A stretch of DNA of 64,000 nucleotides from Takakia lepidozioides (taxonomy: Eukaryota; Plantae; Bryophyta): the NCBI GenBank assembly GCA_030704615.1, contig CM060733.1:48918001-48982000 (forward strand), given 5' to 3'. The translations under genes were made by a program, and so were the position numbers. Shown piece by piece: positions 47,539-61,200 of the stretch (positions are counted from its first letter, which is position 1; each line of letters opens with the position of its first letter). Under the pieces are notes generated by a model. That model did no database searches and was not told the origin of the DNA. It worked only from the letters and a program-made list of their open reading frames with translations.

Positions 47539-49590
47539 CCACCATAGCAGTACTGTTGCAATCTGTCTTGTGATATGTATCTTGAGCCAAGAGATCCTCC
47601 TATCAAGATATCTTGGATTTTTTTTCTAAATTCTCCCCAATATTGAGAAAAGTGCTTTCAAAGGACCTAAAGACTTGGTTTGGTAAAACAAAGTAGCAGA
47701 CACATTGTCAAGCACTTCACCCTCAACCCAAAACCCACTGACACATCACATTTTGGACAGAGAAGGGCTCTTGGACTTGGAGACCGAACAGTGGTAGGTA
47801 TGGACCTCTTTGCGTGAATTGCCTAAGCATAAGGGCATTTTGCGAATTCCCTTGATACCTGGAGAATGTTCTACAGCGAAATATAAACGTGCGAAACTAT
47901 TTCCAGCGGTTCACATGAGCACATAAAGAACCAGTATCCCCTATACTTGATAAATATGTTACCTATAGACGTGGATTTTCCTCGCGTTATGCTCACACGA
48001 TACCATACCCTTTTCATAATAGGCGTGAGAGTGGGCGGTGAGACTTCAAGTCACATTTAAGGTCCTCACCTATGGATAATTTGGCAGGGCGAAACTGTGA
48101 CCCCTGAAACTACTTTTACATTTTGAGATATACTTTCTTAGGGAATAACAGAAAAAAATACAGGGTTTATGCTCCAGTTATCCGGAGAGATTTCCATTGA
48201 ATATGCATAGAATATATCGGAACATATCTCCTAAACCCTATTCTCTCTCATGACACTGAAGATGAATATCAAAACATGATTATGCTAAGACTTACCCCGA
48301 TATTGGGCTAATTTTGGATGTGGAATTGTTGGGTGTTGGGATTTTCATATAGAAAGTTTGGTATAGCCATAGTTTGTGGCTATATCACCAAATTTTTCTC
48401 CATGCGAGCCCGCCGCCACCATTGCTATAGGTTTTTACTCGAGGTTTCGCCTTCGCGAAACCCTGGTTGAATTAGAGTTTATTGTTTTTCGTTGAAGGTG
48501 AACCACAAAAATAGTTTAATATTAAAGTATTTAATATGCTTTGGTTTGCAAGTGATTATTTGGAGTGTATTCAATGTTTATAAATGTATAGATAGGCCAG
48601 CTGGTTTATCGAATTGATACAGTTATGCCCTATAAACACAACAATCCTCTACACCCGCTTATGCATATAACTCCTCCTATGACCAAGGTTAAGAAAAACA
48701 TAAAACCCCCATTACCGTGGGTTGTGAGCATGCTCATGCTATGTCCTCACGATACCAACCCCCTGAATGGTGCCAGACAAGGATATTCAACTAGTCTCCC
48801 CCATCATATGCCCTAGTCTTGTAACGACCAACATCTACACACTCAACAATAGTTTCGCCGGATCAATCTCTTCCACTACCCACACTAGCCAACTACAACC
48901 CCCAAAGCACTTCGCTACTGAGGTCTGTTGCCTTGTTGACCAGTATCTACGCGATACCCCCACTTGAGGATGTCCGAGGGGATGGTGTTATGGGTATAGG
49001 CTTGTGCTAGTTTGTCGAGGGTGCAGGGCTCTCTTGAACTGCTCATATGCTACTAAGGCTTGGGCAGGGAGCCTCTCTTCATTATCACGCCTCACTATCA
49101 CGCCTCCTTCGCCATATATTGTTGCTACATCCACAATGCCTTATAATGGGTGGGTGCTCGGCCCAATGAAATTACCTTCAACTATTTCACCACTTGTTGG
49201 GATGTGTTTGGCATGCCTACTCCTAACATGCCATCTGTGGCATATGTTGTAGGACGGTCGAATAAGATTGAACTATCAAGGATCCAACATAGCAAAAAAC
49301 AATGGATAGACACACTTTAGGTTTTCCTTCAATCATATTAATTACTCTGGTTTTAAGCAACTCAAGTGTAGAGGGTAGAAGCTCGCAGTTAAAACCTAAC
49401 TTTCCTGTTGATCTGGCGCTTCAGCTCTTTTGAGGTTTGGTATTGTAGTCTTTTCCAAGCTTTCTGACTCTTGAGAAGCCTCCGATGAGGGAGAGAAGAT
49501 GGAGCTCATACTCCGTGGGATCTGAAGCCATCTCCTGTATATAAGGAGCCATGAAAAGACAATGAGGTGGGCTTCTGCTTTGCTCTGCTC

Positions 49591-50701
49591 TCACCACTTG
49601 AGAGTGGCAGACTCAATGTCCTGCTCTCGCTTTGCTTTGTCTTTTTGAAACCAGTCACACACTTTGCCAGCATTCAAATCCTCCATGGTGACACCTTCTT
49701 GCTCTGCTATGACGCGAAGTAAATTCAGTGAGGAAACCTGTGCCCATACACCCAAATACCCCCATGGTGTGTCACCAGACCTGGATCAAGAATGAAGATT
49801 GAGCTAAGACCAAACATTGATACACTCATTCCACTGTGACAGAGGGAGGGTGGGGGCCAAGGAGAAAGAAAATTACTGTCAGGCGGGCAAGAAATCGCTC
49901 ATGCATTTCCAGGTTTGACATTTCGATAAGCCCTGCTTCTTCCATAGTTAAAAATGTCTCAGGGCCCCCTCCCCTAGTACCTTGAGCTCCATCACTTGCG
50001 CTCACTCTTACGGCCCTTCGCTCCCGACGACCTGTCGGTCTCAGAAAACGAGAGAGAAGTTATTCCCCTCATCCCATTGGAATATGCCATGCCATGTCTC
50101 TGAAATGTGGTACCCTGCTACCTGTGTCACATCTGTGGTACGTTCTACACCAACAAGTGCAGTGACCTTAAACTACTTGCTTGCATCTCTTAGAATCTTT
50201 CAGGGGATTTCAGTGGTTGTGTGCAAGCTCTGTCCTCGCTCTGAGCGAGGAGAACGGTACTGACCAGGTTGTATCTCACATGGTTGTGGCCGGAGACTCC
50301 CCATACAAAAAAATTGTTTGTTCTCCACCATACAATGAATGGACAGGGGAAACTTCCAGGAGTCTCGGATAATCAGTATACTATCGAAGGAGCTCAAGGA
50401 CAAGAGTTATATCTGCAGTTGCAAAACCAGATCCCGCTCAGACACACACAGTTTAGACCAAAAATTTCACAGAAGGCTTCATGTCCCTACCTTTCATTGG
50501 AATCCCCGAAGGATGGAGAGGTGTGATACCCATCACTGGGCTTTGGCCAGGCAAAGTCAAGGTGGGTGCCCAATGCAGCTCCACAACCTGAAACGTTGAT
50601 CTCCTGCCTGATATGGTTCCACACGACCCGCGACAGCAAACAGAAGACGGAGCCACGCGTATGGCCTCCCCCCACCCACACATGATAGCGCACGTTGCCA
50701 T
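49591..50701 (-). CDS. Conserved uncharacterised plant protein, probably plastid-targeted, 170 aa, 3 exons
   Basis: Exons 50701-50491, 50031-49877 and 49737-49591 give 513 nt with consistent phases and GT-AG junctions. The N-terminus is S/R/T-rich like a transit peptide. I recognise the core FLTMEEAGLIEM..LEMHERFLARLTVSSLNLLRVIAEQEG..EDLNAGKVCDWF.KDK.KREQ...LKW as a conserved plant family. Confidence 0.8.
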
Positions 50702-52179
50702 TCCTGTGCCTCTGAGAGAACGAAGATCTCTTTTTGAGGCGGAGGCTTTCTGTAACTTACCCCGACCGAAGCATAACAAGCTTCTGGCTCAAACCAAAAA
50801 TCAACTGGACTTTGTACTTTACTTCCCTCCTGCTCCTCTTCCTTTCCATCATTGAGCTCATGAGCGAAAAACAGAGCAACGAGCCACCACAAGAAAAATT
50901 ATCCTAACCAAACTAAAAACCACCATACGGATCCTCAAAAGCCAAACAATCTTTCTAGTTCTTGCTTTCTCTTCGGTCGATTGTTGAGCGATCTTTTGCT
51001 TTATTGCAATGAGATCACACTTTTCTTTCTTATTCGACCTTCAAACCTTCTTACTTCCATCAGGCTGAGTGTCCTTTCTTCATGCATACAACATTACAAC
51101 CCGAGAGATCAAGTGACACTGTAAGTTAAATGCTCCCATGCAAGCACCCATGCCCATGTTACACACATTTCCGGTGGTTGGAAAGGAAACCCAATCCACA
51201 CCAGCTGCAGTCTCTCTTCCACTGTGAGAAATTTGCAGCCTGATTGTATCAAGGATGGCATTTCCATTTCATTGAATTTCACAAGACCATGTAGTCACTT
51301 CGGTAAAACCCCCACAGGCTATAGCACTTCGCTGTAAAGAATGTGACAACCTGTCATACCGTAATACTTTCGAACCAGTCCTAAAGCTCAATTCAACCTT
51401 CTCTACCAGATCCACGAAAGCCCCTCTGGATTCAATACAAGTAACTGTGCCAGTGCCAGGGCTTGTGGAGCTTCAGATAGACACCGAGAGAGAGAGAGAG
51501 AGATGGGTACTCGTCGAGATTGTCAAGGGCACAAACTACAAACCCCACAGACTTACGTAGAACAGAAAAGCAAAAGGGCTCAAGTAAGCCAAACAGGGGC
51601 AGAGCCCAGCCCGCAGGCAGAGAGAGACAGCTCACAGGGGTTTGAACCCCAGACCCACACGCCAATGCAATGCCATTGTGCAGATACTATTAGTCCAAAA
51701 ATGAGGTAATTTTAGCAACCAAAATCATTCCCTATTAATAAACTCTACAAATCATCCAAAAATGCAGAGACGGATGACGACCAATTATTCATCCAGGATC
51801 CGAGGCAGGCGGTGCGGGTTTAGGTTTGAGAGGCCGAAGCAGGAGGCGAAGGGGTCGCAGAGGATCGGTCGAAGGTGGCGGGGGTGGTGCCGCTTGGTTT
51901 GGGCGATCCATGCGCGTGAGGGTCGTCGATGAGAGATCCGACGGCCATTGTCGGGGAGCGTTCGGATTCAGCGTTACAAAGAGAGAGGGAGAGGGAAACT
52001 TGAAGGGGTTGCGGTGTGGGTGTGCAGGCGGAGCTCGACTGTCTGCCAACACTCCAAGACTAAGTTAGCACCACTCTCTTGCTTTCCAGTTAGAAAGGTG
52101 GAAAAATGACTGCAACAGTTGGGTCTCCAACACCTGATTATAATAAAACTTCGATTCAACTTGCAGTGATTCTCTAAAA

Positions 52180-52183
<4 letters not shown>

Positions 52184-52214
<31 letters not shown>
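52184..52214. repeat. (GA)n microsatellite
   Basis: Directly visible. Confidence 0.95.
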
Positions 52215-52218
<4 letters not shown>

Positions 52219-52688
52219 AAGATATAAAGGAATTCATCGCATGTACCCACAACCTGCATAAACCCATGCCCGGGGGTACGAGTAGGAGAGAGGGAGAGGG
52301 AGCTGTAGAGGACAAGAGAGAGAAGGGAAAACATGCAGGGTTCACGTTCTCAGAATTTCAGCCCCATCTGTCAACACACTCTTGCCCTTTATACTATTGG
52401 GTACAGCATAAAAAAGATTTTATTCTGGTTTGGACATGGAAATCTTATGTGGAGCTTTCTGAAGATCGGTTCTTTCACACCTTGCGGGCCTAGTGTCGAG
52501 CTAATACTTTTTCTGTCTCTCTCTCTAGTGATCTTGCTTCTTTTGTTTGTTATACATTTCCAGACATGTTACTGCGTAACTAATGCTTCATTTCTTAATA
52601 CCTCGTCTGTGTACATGTGTATCTTTGTTTGTCAGTCTAAAGGCGGGCCAGAAGACGGCACAATCATTTGAGGCACAATTGAAGGGAG

Positions 52689-55600
52689 ATGGCCGAGGCG
52701 GAGAGAAGAGCACGCATGTACATGAAGGAGACACCGTGGAGTAGGTATGAACGCATTCAGGAGCTGGCAAGGCACCGGGAGCGCATTCGGAGGATGAAGC
52801 CAAGCATCGACTGTGGCCCTCCCCGATCGAATAAATACCAAAAAGAGGCTCATATGCAAGCTCAAGGTTTTGCTCTTTTCTAGATTCCTCACTTGGATCA
52901 CTGTTAGTATGCAACTCTCTATGCAACTTTGGTGGAGGTGAGCATGTTACTCTGCATTTTCCTGAGCCCGAGTATTGTTGCATCCATGCAACAGCTGTGC
53001 GGGTACAGAGTACAAGAGAGAAGAGGGATGAAGGGGGGGTTCTGCTTGAGATATGGCAGAGAGGAGATGGAGAGAGTTGCTCATCAAGCATTGTGAGTGC
53101 AATGCCCTGGAGGCTACAAAGCCATATGCATGAAGCCATGCTAGCACAAAAGCATATGGAACTCTTTCACATCTGAATTAGGACTGAATCATTGCACAAG
53201 CCTTACCAGCTCAAAGCTCAAACTACAGAGACAGGAAGAGAGGAGACAAACCATATTTTAGTTCCTAAGCATTCACAACTTCAGTATTTTTCCACCTGCT
53301 CGGTTTGTTGTCAAATTCCAAGCTCCAAGCTCCCCTAGTGCTAGTGGGGGCATCAGAGTTGACATAGGGCTGAGGCATGGGATGTTGCTCAATTAGCTCT
53401 AGGTGGTGGATCAAACTATACTGGCAAGTACCAATTGACCGGCCCCCCCTTGTCAACTTTGAAATTGACTCTAAGAGGAGGTAAACAACACACCATTCAC
53501 TGTTCACAATTGAACTGCATTATGTAACTCACCAGATTCTTAGCTCTGACTAATGAGTTTTGGAGGTAGCCCAGGTCAGCCACATCTGGGCGTTCACCCT
53601 TGAAGTGATAGGATCACTTTGGCGTTGATTTGGTCACAAAGGAGATTTCTTTGCCCATGTCGTAAAATAGATTTCAAAGTGAGTGGCAGGTGTGTTATAT
53701 AATACATTGGGCTTCCTAAGAACTTTATACATTTCTTCAGGCTCTGAATACACTTGAGGGACAGTCGCTTGAAAAGACATCAGGTGTTTCTCAGCAGAAT
53801 TGTTTTCTGTGGAAAAAACTTTTAATCTCAAATTCCTCTCTCATCTCCTTCCTTCTAACATTGAGAGAAGTTGGGCATATTCCCAATTAGTGCTATCATC
53901 AACTTTTCTCAGCCTCTTTTATTGTATTAAATCCATTACGTGCCTTCCTCTCAAATCCTGGTTTAACCTTTCATGTTCTCATATTTGGTATCTCAAGACT
54001 GGAGTCAAAGGTAGGTAGCCACCTCATGATGACATGGAACACCAACTGGTATGGTTTCCACATTCTTCCGTATGTATTGATCTGCTGACCCTCAACACCA
54101 TACTGATACAAATAAGTTTGGCTATGGCAGAAAAGAAGAAAGAGAAGATCAATCCGTTTGGTGAGCAAAGGGGGCCTGATGGCATTACCTACAACCTGGT
54201 TCTGCAGTCAAGCTCATGCTGCTATGACTTGGAAGGGAATCTAAAGAGAGAGAGGGAGAGTCATAATCTGAAACTTAGTGGTGACACAGCGAGAGAAATG
54301 GATAGAAAGATAGAAAATGCGGCCGAGGGGTTGGGGTGGTTGGGGGGAGTTGGGTTGAAATGGATACTAACTGAGGCTATTAACATGGTTCAATGCCGAG
54401 TTATTGATGATGTGGATGATCCTGTTATTGCAGTTTTCCATGCTGGATTGTTTGGGTCTTTATGGGGAACTCCAAAGGAGGTAGTAGGAGTCTTAAATGA
54501 AGCCAAACTCGACATTACATTGTGATCCTCTCTCTGTGTGTCACTCTAGGAATGGTCATGTCGTCAATAGAACTGTTGGTCATAACTTACCGACGCGCCA
54601 GTACTAGTACCAGTTTCCCTCGTTGCTACTCAATGTCCCATGAGTGCTTGGGACAAGCTATTCAGGATTATTCTCTTTTGGCATTGGCTCTGAGAGAGGT
54701 TTGGCATAGCTCCATCTCGCGATTGTCTCACAACCAATTGTAGAGCTCAACCCCTGTGGAGTATAGGTGACCACAGCTATGGCAATGGAAAGCATACAGC
54801 TCATCTCTCTCGCGCTCTTCATAGCAGGAGTTCTCTATAGCTCTAGAGCCAGACTTTGTGTCAGTAATAGCCACGACCCCATCAGTTCTACCTCAAGTGT
54901 GCAGGTTCACAATAAAATTGAGATCTATGAGAGCCTACTTCTGTAGCTTAAGGCCAATTTCAAAGGGTCTGACGGTTATCTGTGGTGCCACAGATAAGCA
55001 GCGAATAATTGAGCAGCACAACTTAGAGATGTTCAGGAGGCTGAAAAAGATTCATAAGTATCACACTTGCTATAAGCCTAGACATAAAACTTATCTCAGC
55101 CGAGGAGAGGCACCCTATGGAAGGTTCTCTCCCTATCTCTTTTTTGGAAGTTTCTGTCGACCTATTTGTTTTGTGGTATTGTGTTGTTCCACTTGTGTCT
55201 TGCAGATGTAATAAAGTCTGCTCTCTCCCTCTCCCTCTCCCTCTCTAGTTTCTTGTGGTTTCTTGTTCTACTGTCCCCCAAGGGTTTTTCATTCAGTTTG
55301 CGGATAGAATGTACTCATAAGATGTCGCCTTGTGGCCATTAACCCCACGCCAAGTTTGAGTGGAACACAAAGGGACAGAAACTACCTTTGTCAGGGGCTG
55401 AGGGCCTACTCCAATTGTCAGTTCCAAGGTAAGGCCCTTTGGGACCTACTCCAATTGTCTCTTCCAAGGTAAGTCATACTACCGAATTCACGATGATAAA
55501 TTCACGGATGAATGGATTTGGGATGAACGTAAAAGTGTTATGGATGAACGGATGAAGCACGGATGAGAAGTTGTCCAGATGAGGGGTCTATGGAGGACTG

Positions 55601-57120
55601 TATGAGCATGTGTCCTGAGGGATCAGCAAGCGCATGCACCAGGCATTAAGGTGTCGTCAACGACATCCCAAAGGGCCTGGGTTTTTGGGCTGCTCAGTGG
55701 GTTGTAGAAGCTGTGGAGGTGGTTGCTGGCCATCGATTTATCTTAAAATGTTGAAAAATTAAATTACTCTATGGTTTTTCTTGATCCTACCTCTTTATTT
55801 TATTTCTGAAGAACAATATGGTGTTGTTTATGGTGGGAAACTTCTTCCCAGCCAGTGGAAGGCCCTATTTATGCTGTTACAGCCGAGCCTATGATGGTTT
55901 GTGTAGGACACACATCTGATTTTTGGGCCTTAGTTTGCTTTGCTTACCCTCTTGTAGGTTAAACCAAAAAAAGGGGGCTGCAAGGCATGTTTTGCAGCAA
56001 CCATTTTGATACCCATGATCGTAAAATACCCCTACTGTGTTTAAACCTGGATGGCCTTTCTTAGCTGCATGCTTAGGCCATGATATGGAGATTTTCAGGG
56101 GTTGGTAAACAGAGGTACAGGCTTCAAATCCCTTGACGGATTTGAAGAGGGCGGTTCTCTGGTGAGAGTACCCAAGACAATGAATCAGAAAGTGAATATT
56201 GTCTTCAGGTTGCCCACACAACGGGCATTTGCAATTCCCCTTTCCTCTCTGCGTTTGTTTGCTGTTCAAAGGTAGGCTCCCCCCTTGAGTTTAAATCAGT
56301 CCGGTGCTGAGAGTGGGTAACCCTTGAGGCCATCCATGATGGCCACCCCCATGTCACAGACTGGAGTCTGTGGATAGAGACTGGTAGGTGGGACAACCTA
56401 CAACGTGAGGACTGCCTGTGCCTCGCTTGCGCTGGAAACGATAGGGAAATCAGAAGTGCAGAATATCTTTCACTGTCCTCTACTATGAGATCCATGGGAG
56501 ATTCTAGTGTCTATTCCAAGATACTCTCTCAGAGACGTCTTCCATTATGAGGATCCATTAGACAATCCCTTGAACAATACTTGTTTTTGGGGCTGCTTGT
56601 GGAGGGCCCCTCTCTCGTCCCATAAGCTCTTTTAGCTTTCTGCGGACGTTATGACATAATCTCATTTCATTTCTTCTATTCTTATGAGGACTAGAGGGGG
56701 GCTCTGGTTTGAACTCCGTGAAGAAAGATCCAGTAGACTAATAGCATACACATGCGTATTGGTTTTAGCATCAGTAAAGTTTGCAAATCTTACTAGGGCT
56801 AGCCAATGGACTATAGACTACTACACGATTCCCTATTGCTGAACAGTGGTTGCCAGTGCAGGAAGAAACCCATACCTTCAGCCTTAAGAAATATACCCCG
56901 AGTCGGAAGAAGGAAACAGACGCCAAACGAAGTTCCTCAGACAGGTTTGGCTTCCCTTCCCGTCTCTGGCAAACCAAAAGAGGAGAAAAAGTTGCCTCCT
57001 AAAGCCCCACCTGAAAATCCCAAAGCTGGAAAGAAGGACCCTGACGAAATATCTGATGGGGTTGCCTCCCTCAGCATGAAGAAGGGTGAGAGAAACACAC
57101 TAAATATAGCAACTCGCTAG
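52689..57120 (+). CDS. CFAP97/Hemingway (KIAA1430)-like flagella-associated protein, at least 3 exons
   Basis: Exons 52689-52866, 54994-55123 and 56862-57120 join in frame with GT-AG sites. HRERIRRMKPSIDCGPP...KQRIIEQHNLEMFRRLKKI fits the family pattern H..v..KP.ID..P...I..eN..l..l..I. The last exon end is uncertain (possible donor near 57087). Confidence 0.6.
55306..56360 (-). mobile_element. Interrupted 3' fragment of the LINE family at 8045, in intron 2 of the CFAP97-like gene
   Basis: 55306-55401 matches 8045-8150. 56080-56360 matches ~8300-8570 (CPLCGQPEDNIHFLIHC). Confidence 0.8.
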
Positions 57121-58266
57121 TGATGTGTACACTCCACCATCTCCCACATACCTCAACACCTAAAGTTCAACAAGCATCAACAAGCACTCGATGGTTCCCA
57201 TCTACTGAACAGAGCAGCGAGAGTACCACGTGGTTTGCACCAAATTGTGAAAAGAGAGTGTTGCCTTTAGGAGTGGTTTGAGAGATAGGAGAGTTACAGG
57301 CTTGTCACGGTGGAAATGTGGATTATAAACATGAGGGGTCACACATAACTCTCAGCACCCTGCAAAATTAACCTGATATACTGTGGGGTCTTTGGATTTC
57401 GTGCAGAGTAAACATCAATTGATCCTGGAGTGTCCGGGCCCTAGCTCTTGAGGAAACAAAATCGGTTGCGTGATAGATTGTCAAGGGAAAGGTGGGGCAG
57501 GCAAGACCAAGAAACTCAGCATAGACAGGTTTGAAAAGGTACATCAGGGAAACTACAGAGGTAAAGTCAATTTCTGATACATTCAGATTTTTTTAACATG
57601 GTAGCAAGTGCAAGGTACCTAGTCTTACTGTGGATCTGCAGATGGAATAATTTTGTGCTCACTGGAGAAATTTCACATTCATTTCCACAAGGAAATTAAG
57701 CAGTTTCCTGACTCCGAAATGAGCCAAGTGCAACCATAAGGCGTGTGATTCAAGATGAATCATCATAGAGGTGGACACCATCTACAAGCACCCTGACAAT
57801 ATGGTTACTGAAGACTGTTGACTTGATGTGCCGCTATTGATATCATACTAGACCCCATAATTGTAAGTTAAGGTTTATACAAGTCTCCTCACAACAAGAG
57901 AATAATGTAATGAGTGGAGAAAAGCACGTCCATTGGGACCAGGAGGGGAGAGGGAGAGAGAGAGAGATAAAATTGTATCAATTAGCACATACAAATTCAG
58001 CTTCACTGAAGCACTGACAGATATGAGGAAGGCAAGTCTCACTGTATTGTACACTTTTGCCTCCTCTTTCTCATGGGGAATGAGATAACCTACTTTAAAA
58101 TCCAAGTTGTGTGTACCCCCCTTAGTATAAGGGCTAACAACTGAAAAATGCGGTGATAGCTATGGGAAGCCTCAGTAAGAATCACCACTTACTGGGCAAA
58201 TGTGAGTTTGTACTACAGAGTTTAAAGAGAGTTGATGCGTGATTTCCTCAGCTCCATAATTTGAGA

Positions 58267-61200
58267 TTAAAACTCCCATCTCTCCAGCTGCACCTCGGCT
58301 TCCGAAAGATCCTTCTGTGCTTTCTTGCGGCGGTAGAAAATTGGACAATCTCGGCTGACAACCCCACACTGAATTTATTCACGGTTTTATGAAAGTATTG
58401 TCTAGTTGCAATTCAGCTTACTGACTTGATCAAGAAAATCATAGGCGGGCACCTCTGATAGATAGTCAAGCCTGCAAATGGTCACCTCACCCACTGTCTG
58501 TAAACTCCTGATATTTACTCACAGAATACGAACTGTGGGGTCACAATTTGTTTTTTCTATAACATTTTGTTGAGCAAAGGCAACATCTAGATTGTAATCA
58601 GTCTCTCTATCCACCCCAACACCAATTTATTACCATTTCACAACCATGGTCATAAGCCACAATAAATCTGGTTCACACACCCCATCCCCCCTAACCAGTA
58701 CCACTAATAGAAGTTTGAAGCCAAACCTAGTGCAAAGAACATCCTGGTGCAGAGAGCCTTGACAGCGTTGGCACTGGGTCCATAGCCTCCCAAAAAGCTG
58801 CTCCAGATCCCTCACTAACAAACAAAGGAACAACGACAGTCAAGCTACAATCCACAACTGACAACAACGGACCCAGTAAAGAACCCCCCTGTTATTAGTA
58901 GAGTCAAATGCCCGTTAATGTCCTGTTCCACAAATTTTTGTCCTTTGGTGAGGGCAACTGTGAGTTATGTGCAACTGTTTGGCAAGGTAAGGGAGAAACA
59001 TACACACACAGAGAGAGGGCAACAAGGCAGAGTCCAAGTACCATTGGTTACGGTCTTTTGGTACAACTCAGCTTCCCGGCCCTTACAATGTTGACATAAT
59101 GCTTGGTTCTCCTCACTGCAAGCCAGCATTATGTCAGCCGTGCACTCCCTGTGTGTGTCGTCAATACGGTCGACCTCTTTCCACATGACTTAAGCTATGC
59201 TATCAACTCACAACCCTCACCAAAACAGCAGAAATGATGTCCAAAGTCATGAAGGTTAAACAGTATATCTATGTGAGCCTTCCAACTCACAAACGAGACG
59301 TAACCAAAGATATTGTGAGAATCACATGCAAGGTCCAGAACTTCCAAAGATGAAAACACAAGACACAAGAGAAGCAAGAACTGAAGGAGAGGAAAACCAT
59401 AGAGTAAAACCACATTGAGGTAGAAACGTAGAAACAACATAAAGAGGAAAGAAACCAAGAGAATGCTGCCTTACAACTTACAGATACAACGAATACAAGA
59501 CCAATCAACCACAACTTTTTTAACAGTGAAAAACATGGATTCCTTGCACCCTTGTGACAGGAACCCCAGTCAAAACTTCAAAGAACAGAAAGGAGGGAGG
59601 GAACATGGTAAGATGAAAGGATGGCCACTAAAATCACTTGACATTCTCTAGTCACGCGACTTAGAAGAATTGTTACTAATTCTCGCCTTCTTCAAGCACT
59701 TGATTAAGGTACCTAAGAAACACAGGGAGATAAGGAAACATTGCCTGCACAATCAAGTTTGATTACGCTGACTGGCTGTGGAGAGGGACTACCTGATTGG
59801 GGTCCTGCAACCGATGCAACTGACACGCTTCTTAGCAAACTTCATGATGCCACTATTGGAGGGTGTGGATATGGAGACAGCACGAGTGTGGCTGCCATGA
59901 AGCAGCTCCTTGCTCGCATTCTTCAAGATTGGCTCAAATATTCGCAGTAAGGGCTGGCCGACACCATTGATAACCCTCTTAAAACCAACACTCTTTCTTT
60001 CTCTAATGCAGGCATGCTTTCCTGTTTCACTGGATTGGTGGTAAGATAACAGTATCGTCCATAACGCATGATAACAAATTGATTAAGTACTGCTTAGTGT
60101 CACAGTTGTTTTTAACTGGACCATAGGTTCAAGCTGAACTTCATGAAGAGGATGCAAATGAATGTGAAAGTAATGGCAGTTGCGCAATATAATTGTCACC
60201 CAACTGACAAATAAACAAAAATCTTTTTCTTGATCTACATGCTTCCACATCAATTTGTGTAGCTTCATCCCTCCTGAACAAGTGCAGGAGAAGTTGGCTA
60301 GTCTACGATTCTAACTCACCTTGCTGAGCTGGTTCTCAAGGTAGTATTGAGGGTCTATTGGAATATTGTTCTCCAACACATATATCGGATCTTCTGACTT
60401 CTCATATGCCTGCAGTTTTTCCCCGGCTCAAATTAGATCTCGTCAAACAAGACATTCTCACCAGCAATTCACTCCTGGACTCTCCCCTCTGGCTTCCAGT
60501 GGATGTTATGAAGTCCATTTCTGTTAGCAAAGTAAAGGAGGAAAGCCCATGGCCATAACTTGCAGAGAAGGACAGCAAATGCCTTCCAAGGGAAAAACAA
60601 CCCCAACAAAAGGCCACAAAGAGGTAGGAATAAATTAGCACAAAATGCAGAAGGCAAAGAGTATGACACTTGGAAGGGAAACTTAGACACTCTCTGTAAA
60701 ACTACTGCCTCTTCAGGCTGCTCCTCCCTCGCAAGACATGGTGTTTCAGAGACCACAACAGCTTGGCAGCTTACCTTCATGAAGCACTCCGTCTTGGTGC
60801 AGGACCAGGATTCTAGTACTTTTTCTTCTGATGCATCTTTGCCCTTTAAGGTCTTTTGGGCTTCCCGTGTATGGACTTTGCTTCTATCTCTTGATGCACA
60901 CACAGGCTGAGGTATGTGCATGGAACTGTCATTCGTACCTTGGCACCTCTTGCAGCTTTAATGATGACATACGGTACCCGATCACCCACCGTAGGGGCAG
61001 TGGCAGCATCCCGCTGCACCAACAAACAGTTATATACTATTATACTCTAGCAACACAATGTCTTGAACATCTATTCCTTTATGGAACGATTTAGCAGCTC
61101 CAAGCCTTGTCAATAATCACTTCAATCATAATGAATTCTGTCGTGTGGTTCTCTCCTCTGTTGTGTTTTGTTTGGCAACTGGGCACCAGACTTAGCCCCA

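Noticed and set aside
54034-54525. 163-aa ORF inside intron 1 of the CFAP97-like gene
   Set aside because: No recognisable domain or splice support; likely a degraded retroelement on the opposite strand.
38285-55580. GGATGA-rich patches at 38285-38420 and 55490-55580, and GATAA/GGTAA repeats at 46260-46395
   Set aside because: They look like internal repeats of small non-autonomous elements, but no termini or TSDs could be defined.
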